Source: Eledone cirrhosa
Taxonomy: Eukaryota
Direction of reading: 5' to 3'
DNA: 64,000 nt
Assembly (NCBI GenBank): GCA_964016885.1
Contig: OZ024742.1
Coordinates: forward strand, 157,666,001-157,730,000
Under the pieces are notes generated by a model. It was not told the DNA's origin. It worked only from the letters and a program-made list of their open reading frames with translations, and searched no databases. Positions 40,202 through 54,699 of the stretch are shown here, piece by piece. A program made the position numbers and the translations under genes. How positions within the stretch are numbered: the first letter of the stretch is position 1; each line of letters starts with the position of its first letter.

Positions 40202-43200
40202 TGTAGTTATACTAAATACGCTCTCTTGCAATACTTTGAGAATAGTTATCTTCAACATTTTATTAACGGATATCCTGCATATATGTATATAAATAGTTAC
40301 TCGATTCATCCCTTTGCATGGATATATTGCTTCTATTGTGTTTTATATATGTTTCGTAACGTCGCTACACACGTGAGCGAACATTTTATATCGAAGAATC
40401 TTAGCAGCACTATGGTAATTAAAGCAGCGGTGGGTATAAGTAACTTCATTTTCACCCTGCTCTATTCCGTCACAGTTTCTTCAATCGCTTTCTTGTTTAT
40501 GTTTGCTTTCAATGTAATGTTGTCGAAGGTGGCATAGTCTTTTCTAAGCAGATAAACAAATGCATGAACCATCTACGAGAACATATCAGCCTTGAGGATT
40601 TTGAATGTGCACTTTGCTTGATTCTTTTTTCATACCTTCGATGTTCCCAGTGCATGAATGCTTTGTAGCTAATTATTCTAATTATTCTAAGTCTTGCTAC
40701 CATTCATGTATAAGAGGTTATTTGTGGTTTACACACATGATACCAATCCAAACATATGATAAACTTACAATTAGGTGTCCATATATATATATATGTATAT
40801 GTATATATAAAGAGAGAAAGATATATATATATATATATGTGTGTGTGTGTAGATATAGATATAGATATATATAATTCGTTACACATCACACATCCATATC
40901 ACAATCATTCAATAAAAAACGCAACGATACTCAATTAGGCAGGGGTTTTCACAACATTGTTACAACCCAAATATAACTCCACATTAACGATGAGGTATTC
41001 CAAACTAGAGTTTTTGTAACCGACATACTCGCAAACGCATTTAACAACTGATTAGTTTTTACTGTATTACGCAGCTTTACGGGCACATATAAACATAAAC
41101 AGGTGCAATCATATCATACTGACATCCGAATCAACCGAAGTCTCGTTTAGCAACTATTTCTAACGATTGAGCAAGTCACTTCATTTCCCGTTGCTCTTCT
41201 TCACTCAGTTGTAGAAATGGTTTGTGACGTCACTAATGTGAAGTTGTATCTGCCACTTCTTTCTCTTGGACACCATCGGTGGTGTGAATATTGTAGAATG
41301 ATATGCATTGGCGACTGCTTGTCCTTCACAAATATCAATTTTCCAGGCTTCAGATTTGGTGAGGAATTTTTCTAGGTTAAAATCGCGTGGTTATTCGTTA
41401 CCGAAACAGCTTTTATCTTATGTCGCTTCTGTCCAACCTTAACTTCAACAAAATCATTTGTCTTTTGTTTTTTTTGTTTTTAACATTTAATTTTTTATTC
41501 GTTTCATTTTATTCCTCACTTGTGGTTCTTCCTGCATTACGATATCTTGAAGAGAATCTGAAGGGGATAAACAAAATACATATTAACCAATGTAATTCTC
41601 ATTTCGGCCATCGAAGCGTGTTAAACGTCATTGATGGACTTATACATATATCTTCAGATGTACTTAATTATTTATTTGAAGAACCAGGCGTTCGTTTGAT
41701 GGCAAATATTGAACAGCTTATCGGTTAAGAACATAAATATAGCTAATCCTAAATATGTACAAGGAATGTCGTAAAATATATAAAACGAACGATATACCAC
41801 TTATCAAGTGTATGTGCTTCGTTAACTTTAATTAATAACTAAAAGCTCTTCAGATATCTTCTTACAACAAATTAATAAAAGTTGCTGCATAGCATGATCA
41901 CAGAAGTATATTTTAAGTTTTTTTAAACATATTTACGTAATTTGTTGCAAAGTTTTCTTAACGTTCTAATTAAATATTGTCTTGTACGAAGGTTTTGAAC
42001 AGCATACTTATATAATTCTCGATGTATCGGTTTGTTCGATGTCATGTTTGAGAGGAGAGAAAAATAGGGAGAAAAAGGGAGACTTTATATATTAGTTGAA
42101 AGAGAACTTTAATTGAAGAAAGAATATATATACATATTGCAGTGGCAGGCAAATGTGGGAGCGATAGTAAAGTATAGATATGCTATTTACAGGGACACTT
42201 TATACCCGGTCTCAAACACACAAGTATTTTTTTCCAGGCATATTTTGTACTGATTCTAGATTTCATTTTCGCCATTCTTCGTTCATTTTCATAAATGGAA
42301 TATGCAAAAATAAATTCCCTTCCCACATGTACTTTCATTCCTCCTTCCCAAACCAATGCATATGACAATATTCTGTTTTATAGTGTCAGCCATATGCTGC
42401 CATAGTTAATTCATTATTACATATTTCATACATTTATGAAATTATATGTCCATACAACTGCTATTTATTTACCCGATAATATCCACAGTGGCAAACATAT
42501 GGCAGAACAATTACCCGTTATATGAATCGTAACAGTATAGTGTTACAGCTCTTTGAAACTGAGTTCACTTCACGCTTGGTCCTACATGTATGACAGATAG
42601 ATGTAAAATGATGCCTGGTGTAACACAATCAACGACTGTTAAAGAATGAATTAACTGAAATTAATTAACTGAATCTCCAGATTTATATTCCCCCTTTGTT
42701 TTGTAATACAAATAATATTAATTACCAAAAATTATTTTCTTTACATTTTCAATATATTCGCATATATAATTTATAATATCCAAATAAACAAACCACATTC
42801 GTGTAACCTGCTCACATATCGAACTGCTGATATAGAAATAAAAATACAAGAAAGATTCTCGAAGAAAGCGAACCTGTTAGGGTAGATTCATTGAACATAT
42901 TACGCAATTACGCATTCTTGCATTATTCACATTCCTTATTTTATCATTGTAGCAATACTTATTTGAAATAGCAAGCTTCGTTCACATTCCACTCAGAAGC
43001 AATCCATAACGAACGGCTACCGCACACTTAAACTGCGCCATGTTATAGCAGTAACTAAAGCAATAAAAATGTTTTGTGCTAAGCACGCCGACCCACTACA
43101 CTTTTTGAGTTCAAATCCCACCTAGGTTGACATTGCCTTTCATCATTTCGAGATTGGTAAAAGAGAATCGAGTCCTGTATTGGTGTCAATGTTTCTTTTA

Positions 43201-44254
43201 AATGTCCTTGTAATATATTCTCTGCGATACTGTCTTTAATATTTTGTTTGCTTTATGTCATTCTGTGTGGCTCATAAAGAGTCATCATTGCAAAGCATAA
43301 ACAGTCATCATCGCAAAAAAGCGTTCGCTAAGTGTCTAAATTTGTATTATATAAGAGCGGTAGTTTGGCAGAATCGTTAGACAGTCGGTTAACGTGTGCA
43401 CTACACGTTCGGATTTCAAATTACGCCAAGGTTATCATCGTCTATTATCCTTCCGTGATCGATAAAAATATTGTAAAATAGTAGTCAAATACTCGGCTCG
43501 ATATAATCGAGATTCTCTTCCTCTAAATTACTGGTCTTCTGCCGAAATTAGATAATTTTTACAGATGAATTAGATAGTGGAACGCATGGTATAAATCCTG
43601 CTTCATACAAACAGAAGTATTTTATCTGCACAATATGATAAATCAGTAATTACTTGTTAACGTTTCCAATATATGTTGCTTGAAAAACATTGTGTGATAT
43701 AAAGATACATATTAATGAAGAGTTTTTTTTTTCTTCATTTGTATATTACCTATAGAATATTATATTCTCCTGTCTCCATTCAGTGTCTGTTGTATATCGC
43801 TCTTAAATAGCATGATTTATTGATATATCTTCAACATTCAAACTAATAATGTTTGCAAAGAGTCATATGTTTTAATTGTAACAAAGACTTAGAAATAGCA
43901 ATTTATAATTTGCTTATGGATATGATTCATTTCGTGGATAGGAATATTTTACTCTGGGATCACAGAATTATATGGATGCCATAAAGCATGTATGACATTT
44001 TTTTAAGTATCAATTATTTCTTTAAATGCAATATTTTCGCTATATACATTAATTGGATTCAGGTGTGTGCTCGTTAAATATTGGCGATATCAGATTTGTT
44101 TTACCAAAGTGGATTTAAGATTTGAACCGACGTATGTAATATATCAATACTTATGGCGGATGATTCACCATAATGGTGTATATCATATATATATATATCT
44201 AAAGTCTGTATATCTAAAGTCTGTATATATATATATATATATATATCTAAAGTT

Positions 44255-46462
44255 TGTTTAGGGTGATTGGAATGGTTACTAACATAGTTTAAGTTTTCAT
44301 TGGGCTTATGAAAAGGGTAATAAAAGCCAGAGTTTAAGTTAAACGTAACGTCTAGGAAATTGACTATTTTGGTACCATTTTCTACTTCTAACTTAAGGAC
44401 ATACATTTTAAAGAATTCTATTATACTTTTCTTTACTCTATTCAGTTCAATATTGTTGTGTTTGACCCGGCAGTTTTCTATTTATCATATTTAATATGAA
44501 GATTCCGAGAAGATCTGTCATTTGCGCAGAATCAGATGCCCCCATAGTAATATCAAATTTCTATTTCTATCTGAGCGAGTTCAATACTCATTGTTGAAGT
44601 TAAAAAGAGTTCTTCTGGCTGTTAGTATGATATCAATTTCATAAAATTATAAAAAAAGCCCGGACTGAAGATCTTACAGACATTAACAAGGATGCCTATA
44701 AATTAATTACCAATTTAGGAATAGAAGGAAGAACCGAGCCAATTAAACCTAGGCAACCGCGGATTAACTTAAACGGTCACAAAAGAAACTTCGAGGAAGA
44801 TATGCCAGTTAGATTGATTGCTCCATCCAAATCGGATATTGGAGTAATCAGTAAAAACAACATCGATAGAATCTTACCCGCTCTTAAATTGAGATCTAAT
44901 TTGAGCCTGTGGAAAGATACAAATGAAGTCATTGAATGGTACAAGAAGATAGATGATAAGAAAAACCATAAATACATCCAGATGGACATAACAAACTACT
45001 ATTCTTCCATAACACCTAACCTACTAAATAAGGCTCTATCTTACGCTTATAAGCATACTGATCTAATCACTGATGAAATTGATATCATACTTAGAGCCAG
45101 AAGAACTCTTATTAACTTCCACAATGAGTATTGGACTCGCTCAGATAGAAATAGAAACTTTGATATTACTATGGGGGCATCTGATTCTGCGCAAATCACA
45201 GATCTTCTGGGAATCTTCATATTAAATATGATAAATAGAAATCTGCCGGAGATTACCGGTGGTTTATATAGGGACAACATTTTATTTACGGTGGTCAAAC
45301 ACAACAATATTGAACTAAATAGAGTAAAGAAAAGTATAATATAATTCTTTAAAATGTATGACCTTAAGTTAATGATAAAAATAATGGCATATATAAACGA
45401 AACTCTAATAGTTATAATTCAAACACCCATACGCCAAACAAATTGAGGAAAAGAACTAGATCTAAATTAGTCATATGGTTTGTCCCCCCTCTCTGCTTCG
45501 GTAGCAGGTAGAACACCAATTGCAAAATTATTCTTTAATGATTTGGACACCTCTTTCCCTACTCAACATAAATACCATTCCATTTTTAATAGACACACTA
45601 TTAAATTGTCTTTTTCTACAACTATGAATATGGCTTAAAACATTGCTAAATTAAACAGTAACATTCTCAAGCAGAATCAGCATAATGATCTTAATAATAG
45701 TGTTAACATAAATGATAATAAGCCAAAATGTAATTGTAGAAATAAAATTGATTTCCCTTTGCAAAGTAATTGTTTGGATAGTAATTTGCTGTATAAATGC
45801 ACCGTTAAAACTGATTACAACACATACAACTACATAGGATCGATTTCTTCTACATTTAAATCCAGATTTGCGAATCATAAATGCTCATTTTCGAATTCCA
45901 AGAGGAAATCATCCACTTCTTTATAACAGCTTATATGGGCATTAAAAGAGAAGAATTTAAAATACTCCTTTTTTTGGACGAAACTTCGCAATAGTGGAGT
46001 TTACCGCAACTCAAGTATATCAAGTAACTGCGCGCTTTGTAAAATGGAAACATTTTTGATTATTAATAATTATGAGATCTTAATTAAGAAAAAATTGAAT
46101 TATTCTCTAACTACCTTCATAAAGCCTTGTCTACATTCCAGGCCTCCCATAAGACCAGGAAAAAACAGTAACCAACCAAACTTGGTTTTTAGACGTACAT
46201 AAGCAACAGTTGACAACCTTAAGGCCTTTAATATTGCTTTATCTTATAACTATCTATAAAGGAAATAACGTTTGAATGAATGACACTTTTTTAATAACAT
46301 GCTGACACGTTGTTATACATAACATAATATTATTAACTTTGATCCATACCATTATTTCTATATATTTATTTTTCTATCTATGTTTTAAATATAGTTCAAA
46401 TATCCAACCTCTAAATTTTTACGGACCTTATTTTGAACTGTGAATCATTCATGCGTTTACAC

Positions 46463-46500
<38 letters not shown>

Positions 46501-47690
46501 TTACCTTATGCATGTTTGAATCTATTATCTAAGATTATAAGCGTTATCATTTACCAAAAGTATACTGTCTCATTAATACTTAGTATATCTCTCTATACAT
46601 AGTTTTTTGGCAAATACGTGTATATTGTATAATAACATAATATTAGTTACGTATATCTCTGCATTTGGTGTTTTTTTTACATCTATATTTATAATGTATA
46701 ATAACTTAATCACAATTATCGGTTCGGTATAACGCTATATATAGTTTGTGCAAATATATTGTACAATAACTTAATCCTTATTTGAGTTCATTCTTCCCAT
46801 AAAGGTAGAACTAATAAAGTGATTTAAAATAATATAATAAATATTAATTTATTACGATAAATGCACACATATATATAAATATATATAGCTGAAAACTCTG
46901 CGTTAATCACTATACTTTAGACAATGTATCTACTTGACAATAAATTCTTCGATATTTGGAACAGTAAGTACTTCAGTAATTTTACATACCGAAAATGTTG
47001 ACACTGTTATATGTAATTTTTTTTAAAGATTACATTTAAGTGAATATTCAACAGTGTATATTATTCTTTCGTGGGCCTAGTAAATCCTTTAACTTTGTTT
47101 TCATAAAATTCAGAATTTTAGTAATGTAACACATTTAAAACATTCATAAAATTTATAAAATTAATATAAATAACCATCAACTTTTAAAAACTTAAAATTG
47201 TGTTTCTTCACCCTAAAATAACATAAATTAAATATTTTGAAACTTAACCGCTAAGTCATTATGGGGCAAACATGTTTGCATAAATTACTCCCCTTTATCT
47301 CTCCCTCTCTTTAATTATCTATCGGTTGCCTTCATGGACTGTGATAAAATTATATTTCCAGAGATGTCTTCCTCTATAATCCTAATTTGTAGTATCCCAC
47401 ATTTTAAAATCTCTATAACTGTATTATTAAAGCAACGTTTTCCTTACTCATACCTTCTCCATTGAATATATTACGTTTTCGCATTTTCTCATTATTAGGG
47501 TATAAATGTTGAGTTTTCTCATAGGTTAATCACTACCTTGATTAAATCTTAACCATTTAACATCTTAGGGTATGTCATATATCATTATATTTTGTCTGAT
47601 GAGGACGTACTGTTGTACCTCTGAAATATGTATAATAAAATCTAATTGATCAAAAGAACATCTATTTTATTAATATTTGTATTTTAATAT
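44255..47690 (+). mobile_element. Penelope-like element with inverted RT duplication at its 5' end, decayed GIY-YIG, long AT-rich tail and HHR
   Basis: 44802-45344 reads PVRLIAPSKSDIGVISK..QMDITNYYSSI..FDITMGASDSAQITDLLG..GGLYRDN. 44260-44640 is the minus-strand copy of overlapping and adjacent RT sequence; YNYIGS occurs at ~45830. Confidence 0.88.
47590..47640 (+). ncRNA. Type I hammerhead motif at PLE 3' end
   Basis: ttttgt-CTGATGA-ggacgtac-tgtt-gtacctct-GAAA-tatgt-ATA-ataaaa. Confidence 0.65.
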
Positions 47691-47715
47691 ATTTATATAT
47701 ATATATATATATATA

Positions 47716-48800
47716 ATCGAAGAAATTGAAGAAAGAGAAGCAGACCGTTAAATATATTTATAAGAAGCTCTTACACATGTTACGTCCAAGTTGGACTCCT
47801 CAGAGGCTCAGGGGGAAGTAAAGGGTTTCATTGGGAACCCTGAATGTGTATGAGTATGATTTTAACATCAAAATTCATATCTCGGTGTTACAAAGTTAGA
47901 TGCTTAAGTTTGTGAACAAAGGTGGGTAATTCCGGTTCTATTTTTGAATTATCTGCTAAAATTCATTTCCACTATTATAAAATCTTTGTTTATTCTCCTA
48001 AGTCTATTTACTACGTGCTAATTTAATTATGCTTTGTCAAGCCAGTTTGCAGAGGCACAGTAAAGGTATGATTGTGAGTGTTCAATAATATTGTGGTCGG
48101 TGAAACTTATGTACGGTCTAAGTTAGTATGAGGCTGTAATTTCAACAAAGGTTTAAACGCAGAGAAGTGTAATGGCAAAAACGTGAGGCCCTGCACAATC
48201 TCATGATTATAAGCCCATGGTGTTTAAATGGTACAATCATCGATCATGCAGAGATATTCAAGATGTATTCCGTTGGTGTGGAGAAATACGACGAGGCAAT
48301 CAGGTCTGGACACATGTAGTGCTACACCCTTGTTGGATGACGGGGGCTGGATAATAGTATTGTTCACAGAAGTTTAATGTTTAGCCCACGGTTTTAAGAC
48401 AAGCCAGGGCGCGGCGTAAAATGGTATAAAATGGTGTAAAATGGTACTATGGTGTTTGGGTATTATCCGGTGTCCATCTGTAGAACGACTGCTATAGTCT
48501 ATGGCCGCAATTGATGAGGGTTTCGGCTCGAATGTTGATGAGATCAGGGGGCGCTTGCACGATATAGAGCTGGCAGTTTATCTTGAAGTTGTAGGGTGTT
48601 GTCTGGTTGACAATTTCCCAATAAGTGGAGAAGCTGTTGCTGGCGTCGTTTAAGCGGGTGATGGGGCAAGGGATGTTGAGTACCTTAGCTTCCTATTCCT
48701 AAAGGATTGTGAAGATGCGCTCGAATTCTAGTCTTGAACGACCCAGAAGTGTCCCCTATGTAATATTTAACACTATTGAAGGCTAGTAACAGTACATCTA
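47716..48800 (-). mobile_element. Decayed PLE 3' end (GIY-YIG remnant, UTR, mutated HHR at ~47767-47807)
   Basis: rc VKYYIGDTSGSFKTRI; rc CTGAGGA-gtcca-act-tggac-GTAA-catgt-GTA (GAAA changed to GTAA). Confidence 0.65.
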
Positions 48801-48941
48801 TATATAACATTTTTAGTTAGACATTGGCCCCGGAGCGGACAGTTAGCAGGGTCACGACAGTTGAAGTGCTTACTACGGTCCCCTCCGGGCGGGCGGGGTT
48901 AGTACCCACCGCAATACTATTATTAATATAATTATTATGTG

Positions 48942-49131
48942 GATTGGCAGTATTCGTAGAGGGTCGGACGCCATGCTTTCCAGTATAGAGTTATACCACT
49001 TTAGGTCTGAATTCAAATCCCGCCGAGGGTAAATTTGCCTTTCATCCTTACGGGGTCGATAAAATAAAAAGATAAAGTACCAGTAATGCACTGGAATAAT
49101 TGCTGGCCTTGTGCCAATAGTAGAAACAATT
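48942..49131 (+). mobile_element. tRNA-derived SINE
   Basis: tctgaattcaaatcccgccgagggtaaatttgcctttcatccttacggggtcgataaaata..gtaccag. Confidence 0.8.
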
Positions 49132-49185
49132 ACTAGTATCGGGACAACGGCTTTCATTGTTGTCGTTAGTATTACCAAAGCTGTG

Positions 49186-49245
<60 letters not shown>

Positions 49246-49319
49246 TATATGAGAAGTGAGGAAATATTGGGAGGTGGGCCCATTACACAAATATATATAT
49301 ATATATACGCATATATATA

Positions 49320-49708
49320 TTCAGGTTTGAGGTTCACCACTGGATAGAGCTGGTCTATTGCGTTTGGACAATCGTAATGTAATAATATAGAGAGTACTCA
49401 ACGTAAAGCAGTTCAACCGTCTTTTTTTTGTAGTTGTTGGTGCTATTACGGAGTTAAATATTATAATGAAATGACAGGAGGCTGGATTTGTGTAAAACCT
49501 TGAAAGGTTTATTATACTATGATCATTTCAATGACCGGGTTCCGTATGAATCCGGTGATATCATCAGGTATTCGAAATATAATACGTGAATGTAATAGAT
49601 GAAATCCATGGGGCTGAAAATCAAGGACCCGAGGGCGACCGCTATCCTCGTGCTTCAACCTCAGCCGGTCGCCCTACAAATCCAGCCTCCTGTCATTTCA
49701 TTATAATA
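49320..49708 (-). mobile_element. pLTR-like non-coding insert with HHR and a short inverted end; its 3' end recurs at 59591-59760 (+)
   Basis: 49320-49488 is the reverse complement of 59591-59760, and 49678-49708 is an inverted copy of 49460-49489. Confidence 0.8.
49514..49571 (-). ncRNA. Type I hammerhead ribozyme
   Basis: rc: atac-CTGATGA-t-atcaccgg..ccggtcat-t-GAAA-tgatc-ATA-gtat-AATAAA; palindromic stem III atgatcat. Confidence 0.8.
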
Positions 49709-49741
<33 letters not shown>

Positions 49742-49743
<2 letters not shown>

Positions 49744-50300
49744 TAAATTTCTTTAAGTCGTTTGGTAGCCTCGACAATGCAGATCGGTAAATCTCCGAGT
49801 AACAAGATCCGGTGGTGGAGAGAGGGATTTAAGTGGGTGTAGGTTGTGATGCGTGGCGTGTAGAAGACCGTAGCGTGTAGAAGAATGTAGGAAAGAGCGT
49901 AAAGGATAAAAATAAATATAATATCACGAGATAGAGTTACCTTGGGTGAGATTTAATTGTCTATATATATATTGTCTATATATATATCAATCAACTGGGG
50001 GGGGGGTTTCGGGGGAGGGGGTTGTCCGACGTAAAGGTGTGAAACGTGTCCTCCGCTGTTCGTTATTTTGAATATCTGAGGTATTCAGCATGGCGCGCGT
50101 GCGCGTTAAATGGGGTCGGTCAAGCAGAGGCCGGTGGCCGAAATAGTTCTTTCAATTGTGGGAGTGGGGTGGCGCTAACCGTCTCTCTCTCCACCACCGG
50201 ATCTTGTTACCCGGAGATTTACCCATCTGCATTGTCGAGGGTTCCAAACGACTTAAAGAAATTTACCTTATTATTCCACAATGCTTCAAGGAAACTTCAA
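49742..50300. repeat. Inverted-repeat element between (TA)n tracts (~80-bp arms, ~49742-49823 and ~50186-50267)
   Basis: ggtaaatttctttaagtcg..ggtggtggagagag versus ctctctccaccacc..cgacttaaagaaatttacc. Confidence 0.85.
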
Positions 50301-50390
50301 TATAATATATATATATATACACATACATATATATATATATATAAATATATATACATACATATATATATATATATAAATATATATACATAC

Positions 50391-50451
<61 letters not shown>

Positions 50452-50454
50452 TAA

Positions 50455-50485
<31 letters not shown>

Positions 50486-50493
50486 CATATATA

Positions 50494-50627
<134 letters not shown>

Positions 50628-50779
50628 GTAATAATAATAAATTTGAAGACTAAAATCCAAAGAAGGCTCGATAACGATAAATATACATCCAATATATAAG
50701 AACCGTAGAGTAAATATTTATATATATATATATATATATAGTTAAAAGAATAGAGGTGTAACACACAAGTTATTATATA

Positions 50780-51260
50780 TTGGTAAACGGAATGGAAAAT
50801 GCTGACAAATTGTTCACAGTTGAAAAATGTTTTAATTAGGAATAAAAGAGTATTAGTGATTGTATGGGTTAGTATTCAGTTGTGGTTTTAAGTTTTTAAG
50901 TTTTTACCGGTTGCGCATTTCTAAATGCTTTTCAAAAATAATTTTGAGATAGAGTGTCCGTGCTGTTTGCTCTGATCTGATTAGTTTTGGGAATTCTACC
51001 TGTTTTTATGTTAAAAAAATGGCTCCAGCGTTATTTTTGTGTTGCAAAAATGCTTGTGGTCAAAACAATTTTGATTGGTCGGTAGAGGTCATGTGAATGT
51101 AAAAAGTTGATTTTGCGCCAAGACTGTTTTTATGTTAAAATGTTAGAAAAGTGGCTCCAGCAAAAATTATTGGTCAAAACAATTTTGATTGGTCGGTAGA
51201 GGTCATGTGGATAAAAAATTGGTTTTGCGCCAAGATTGAGAAATTACTCTTTCACAACAA

Positions 51261-51328
<68 letters not shown>

Positions 51329-51397
51329 TAGTAGTAGTAAGGTGTTCGATGCTGCGACAATAGCCACCAGCGATGTGTGTCAAATGGCTATTAAGAT

Positions 51398-51453
<56 letters not shown>

Positions 51454-52243
51454 ACATACACACAGCAGAGTCATTCGAAGGTCAAAAGATATTTTTCAGC
51501 TTTTGTCTTATACGGAGAAGTGCGTGTGTGTGTGTGTGTATAAGTCTCTTTGTATGTTGATGTACGCGTGTGTATGTGTTTGTGTATATATGTGTGTGTG
51601 TGTGTGTGTGCGTGTGTGGGTGGACCAGTATATTTTTCCCCCCTGGTAAAATGGTGTACATTATTCGATTTTTTCAGTAAAATCGGTTCTCTTAATAGAA
51701 CATCAACAATCTTAACAATAAAAGGTGTGAAATGATATTCACTATATATATATACACAATATATATATACACTATATATATATATACACAATCTTGGCGC
51801 AAAACCAATTTTTTATCCACATGACCTCTACCGACCTATCAAAATTGTTTTGACCAATAATTTTTGCTGGAGCCACTTTTCTAACATTTTAACATAAAAA
51901 CAGTATTGGCGCAAAATCAACTTTTTACATTCACATGACCTCTACCGACCAATCAAAATTGTTTTGACCACAAGCATTTTTGCAACACAAAAATAACGCT
52001 GGAGCCATTTTTTTTATATAAAAACAGGTAGAATTCCCAAAACTAATCAGATCAGAGCAAACAGCACGGACACTCTATCTCAAAATTATTTTTGAAAAGC
52101 ATTTAGAAATGCGCAACCGGTAAAAACTTAAAAACTTAAAACCACAACTGAATACTAACCCATACAATCACTAATACTCTTTTATTCCTAATTAAACCAT
52201 TTTTCAACTGTGAACAATTTGTCAGCATTTTCTATTCCGTTTA

Positions 52244-52247
<4 letters not shown>
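50780..52247. mobile_element. Copy of the 28252 repeat plus a near-identical inverted 459-bp partial copy (arms 50780-51238 and 51789-52247)
   Basis: Starts ttggtaaacgg, ends ccgtttaccaa, flanked by TA. Confidence 0.88.
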
Positions 52248-52285
<38 letters not shown>

Positions 52286-52599
52286 TTCGTTTATATATTA
52301 CTAGTGTTTTTCATACGATTAATTCAAATGAATTATATGTAAAATATTACTCATTACAATGTGTGTTAGTGTTAACGTTCTGACAATAATAAGTTAGTAA
52401 TTGTTAGTATAATTGTTAAAGATATTTTGATCTTTTCACCCGAAGATGAGATATATGTTTCGTCCATGAAATTTAGACTTCTTACGCCAGCCACGTTTTT
52501 ATCAACAAATGTTCCTCTGTGTTTCTAAAGGAAATTGTGACCAAATGATGCAGCATAATAACCTGAACGTTGTCATATAACTCATTGATTTCTTAATCT

Positions 52600-53200
52600 G
52601 GGTGTGTATATCTAGGTCTCAAACTATCATCAAACTATCATCAAACAACAATAGAATGGTTGCTGCTCAGCATCGCATCGCTCTGGGTTGGGCAGCTTTC
52701 AACAAGAACAAGGAAGTACTAACATCAAAACGAGTTTTCTATCTTTTGAAGGTTAAGAACTTTGATACATACATCGTACCAGTTGTGTTATATGGTCTTG
52801 ACTATGTTAATTGGACGACACTGTCACTTAAGAAGCTGTCTATATTACAGATCCACATCATGAGACTTATGTCTGGCAAGCGGCTTATCGACCATATTTG
52901 TATCAGTGAACTACTCAATATTATCAAATTTAAACCAATTACATTAATTCTCAAGTTATGAGTACTCAAACTATACGGTCATATAAAAAAATCAACTCGC
53001 AGTGTGAGTAGGTTTTGCCTGGAAGGAAGGTTGTCTGGTAAGCGAAGCAGAGGCCGGCAGCCAAAACGATGGATTGATAATGTCAACTTATGGACCAGAC
53101 TTGATCTTTATTCTCTAAACTCTGCTGCTGGTGATCGAACATTGTGGAGAAAAGTATCTCATGTTGATGCGCAGTCTGCAACTGAAGGAATTTAGCGTCA
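52600..53200 (+). mobile_element. RTE-like LINE 3' remnant
   Basis: HRIALGWAAF..YIVPVVLYGLD..; LEGRLSGKRSRGRQPKRWIDNV..AAGDRTLWRK. Confidence 0.8.
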
Positions 53201-54038
53201 CGACCGATGCAGCATATAACAACGGTTACATAAAGCATGAGACGAATAAATTCACCTATTGTTCTGACAACGCCTCGGGATAAATAATCATTAATTACAT
53301 ATTGCACCCGGTCTACGCAAAATATAATAATTTGTAATTTATTGGAAAATTTTACGAGTCATATAGCATGATGTGTGGCAAGCTTTTCTTCAATAGGATA
53401 GCAACATTTTACCTCAACTATTAGAGCTTCTCAACTCAGAAAACGATACATGTGCAGATATATTAAGAATATAACACTTTTAAATTGCAAATGGTACACG
53501 AATAAGTAACCTGGCATATTATCAAATGATATTCCAAGCTGCAGAGAATGCATAATATAAGAAGTTGATTGTTACAGTATAGATGAACAAAACAGTTAAT
53601 ACTATAATATGAAGATATTTGAAATGATTAGAAATAGGTGTAAAATAAGGTATAATGTTATACAATATATATGTTTTGGACCGCTGTCCACACACTTCAT
53701 TACACAGCATTGAATTATTAAATTCTCTGCCTTAGTGAATACGATTATCCAGAAGCATATTTCACTCTTCAATTACTTGGCAATGCACAAAGTTTCGCTC
53801 TCAAAATACAACTTGACAACGCCATACAGAATTGGGTTGCGCCATTCACAAAACAAATATTCTATTTTAAAATTGGAAAAAGGATTATGCATATAGATGA
53901 ATTTATAGTCCAGTGCACTACTGATACCTTGTTGTAGATATCAGCTGTTTATAAATTGTGATTGCATTCGACACTCGAATATCTGTGTTTAAATTGTAAA
54001 ACCGATTCCAACAATAGCACAGTAGTCTCATCTCTCTC

Positions 54039-54131
<93 letters not shown>

Positions 54132-54350
54132 TGCATTCGTTGGCTTAGCAGCGGCTCGAGCTTCGACTATGCTGTACGTCCATTTATATATATATATAAG
54201 CAGATGTCTCTGTATTTGTATGTCTGTGCATAATGCCAATGTGAGAGTGAGAGAGGAGAGAAAGAAACACAGAAAGAGGACAAGTTTCTATAGAAGAAGT
54301 TGAAAGAGAGGGGTAGCGGAAGAGAGAGAGTGTGTGTGTTTGTGTGATTG

Positions 54351-54434
<84 letters not shown>

Positions 54435-54699
54435 GCTGTGTCAGTGTAGAGACATGTGTGTGTGTGTGTGATGTGTGGGGAAATAATAGGGGAAGGAAAG
54501 CCATAACAATTAACATGTGTGCGTATGTATGTACATGGATGTGTATGTGTGTGTATATGTGCGTGCGTGCAGCGTTCTACAGAAAGTAAAAATGATCAAA
54601 TTGTATGAGTGTGTGCATTTTGTGTGTATGGCTGTGTGCTGTGTGTATGAGTGTGAGCTGTGTGCATGTGTGTGTGCGCGTTTGTGCAGCGTTCCACAA

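Noticed and set aside
41200-41375. Weak BEL/Pao integrase C-terminal similarity (NLKPGKLIFVKDK) on the minus strand
   Set aside because: A single short motif, not enough to call.
50000-50165. GAAA-containing hairpins inside the 49742-50300 element
   Set aside because: No CUGANGA in the correct position.
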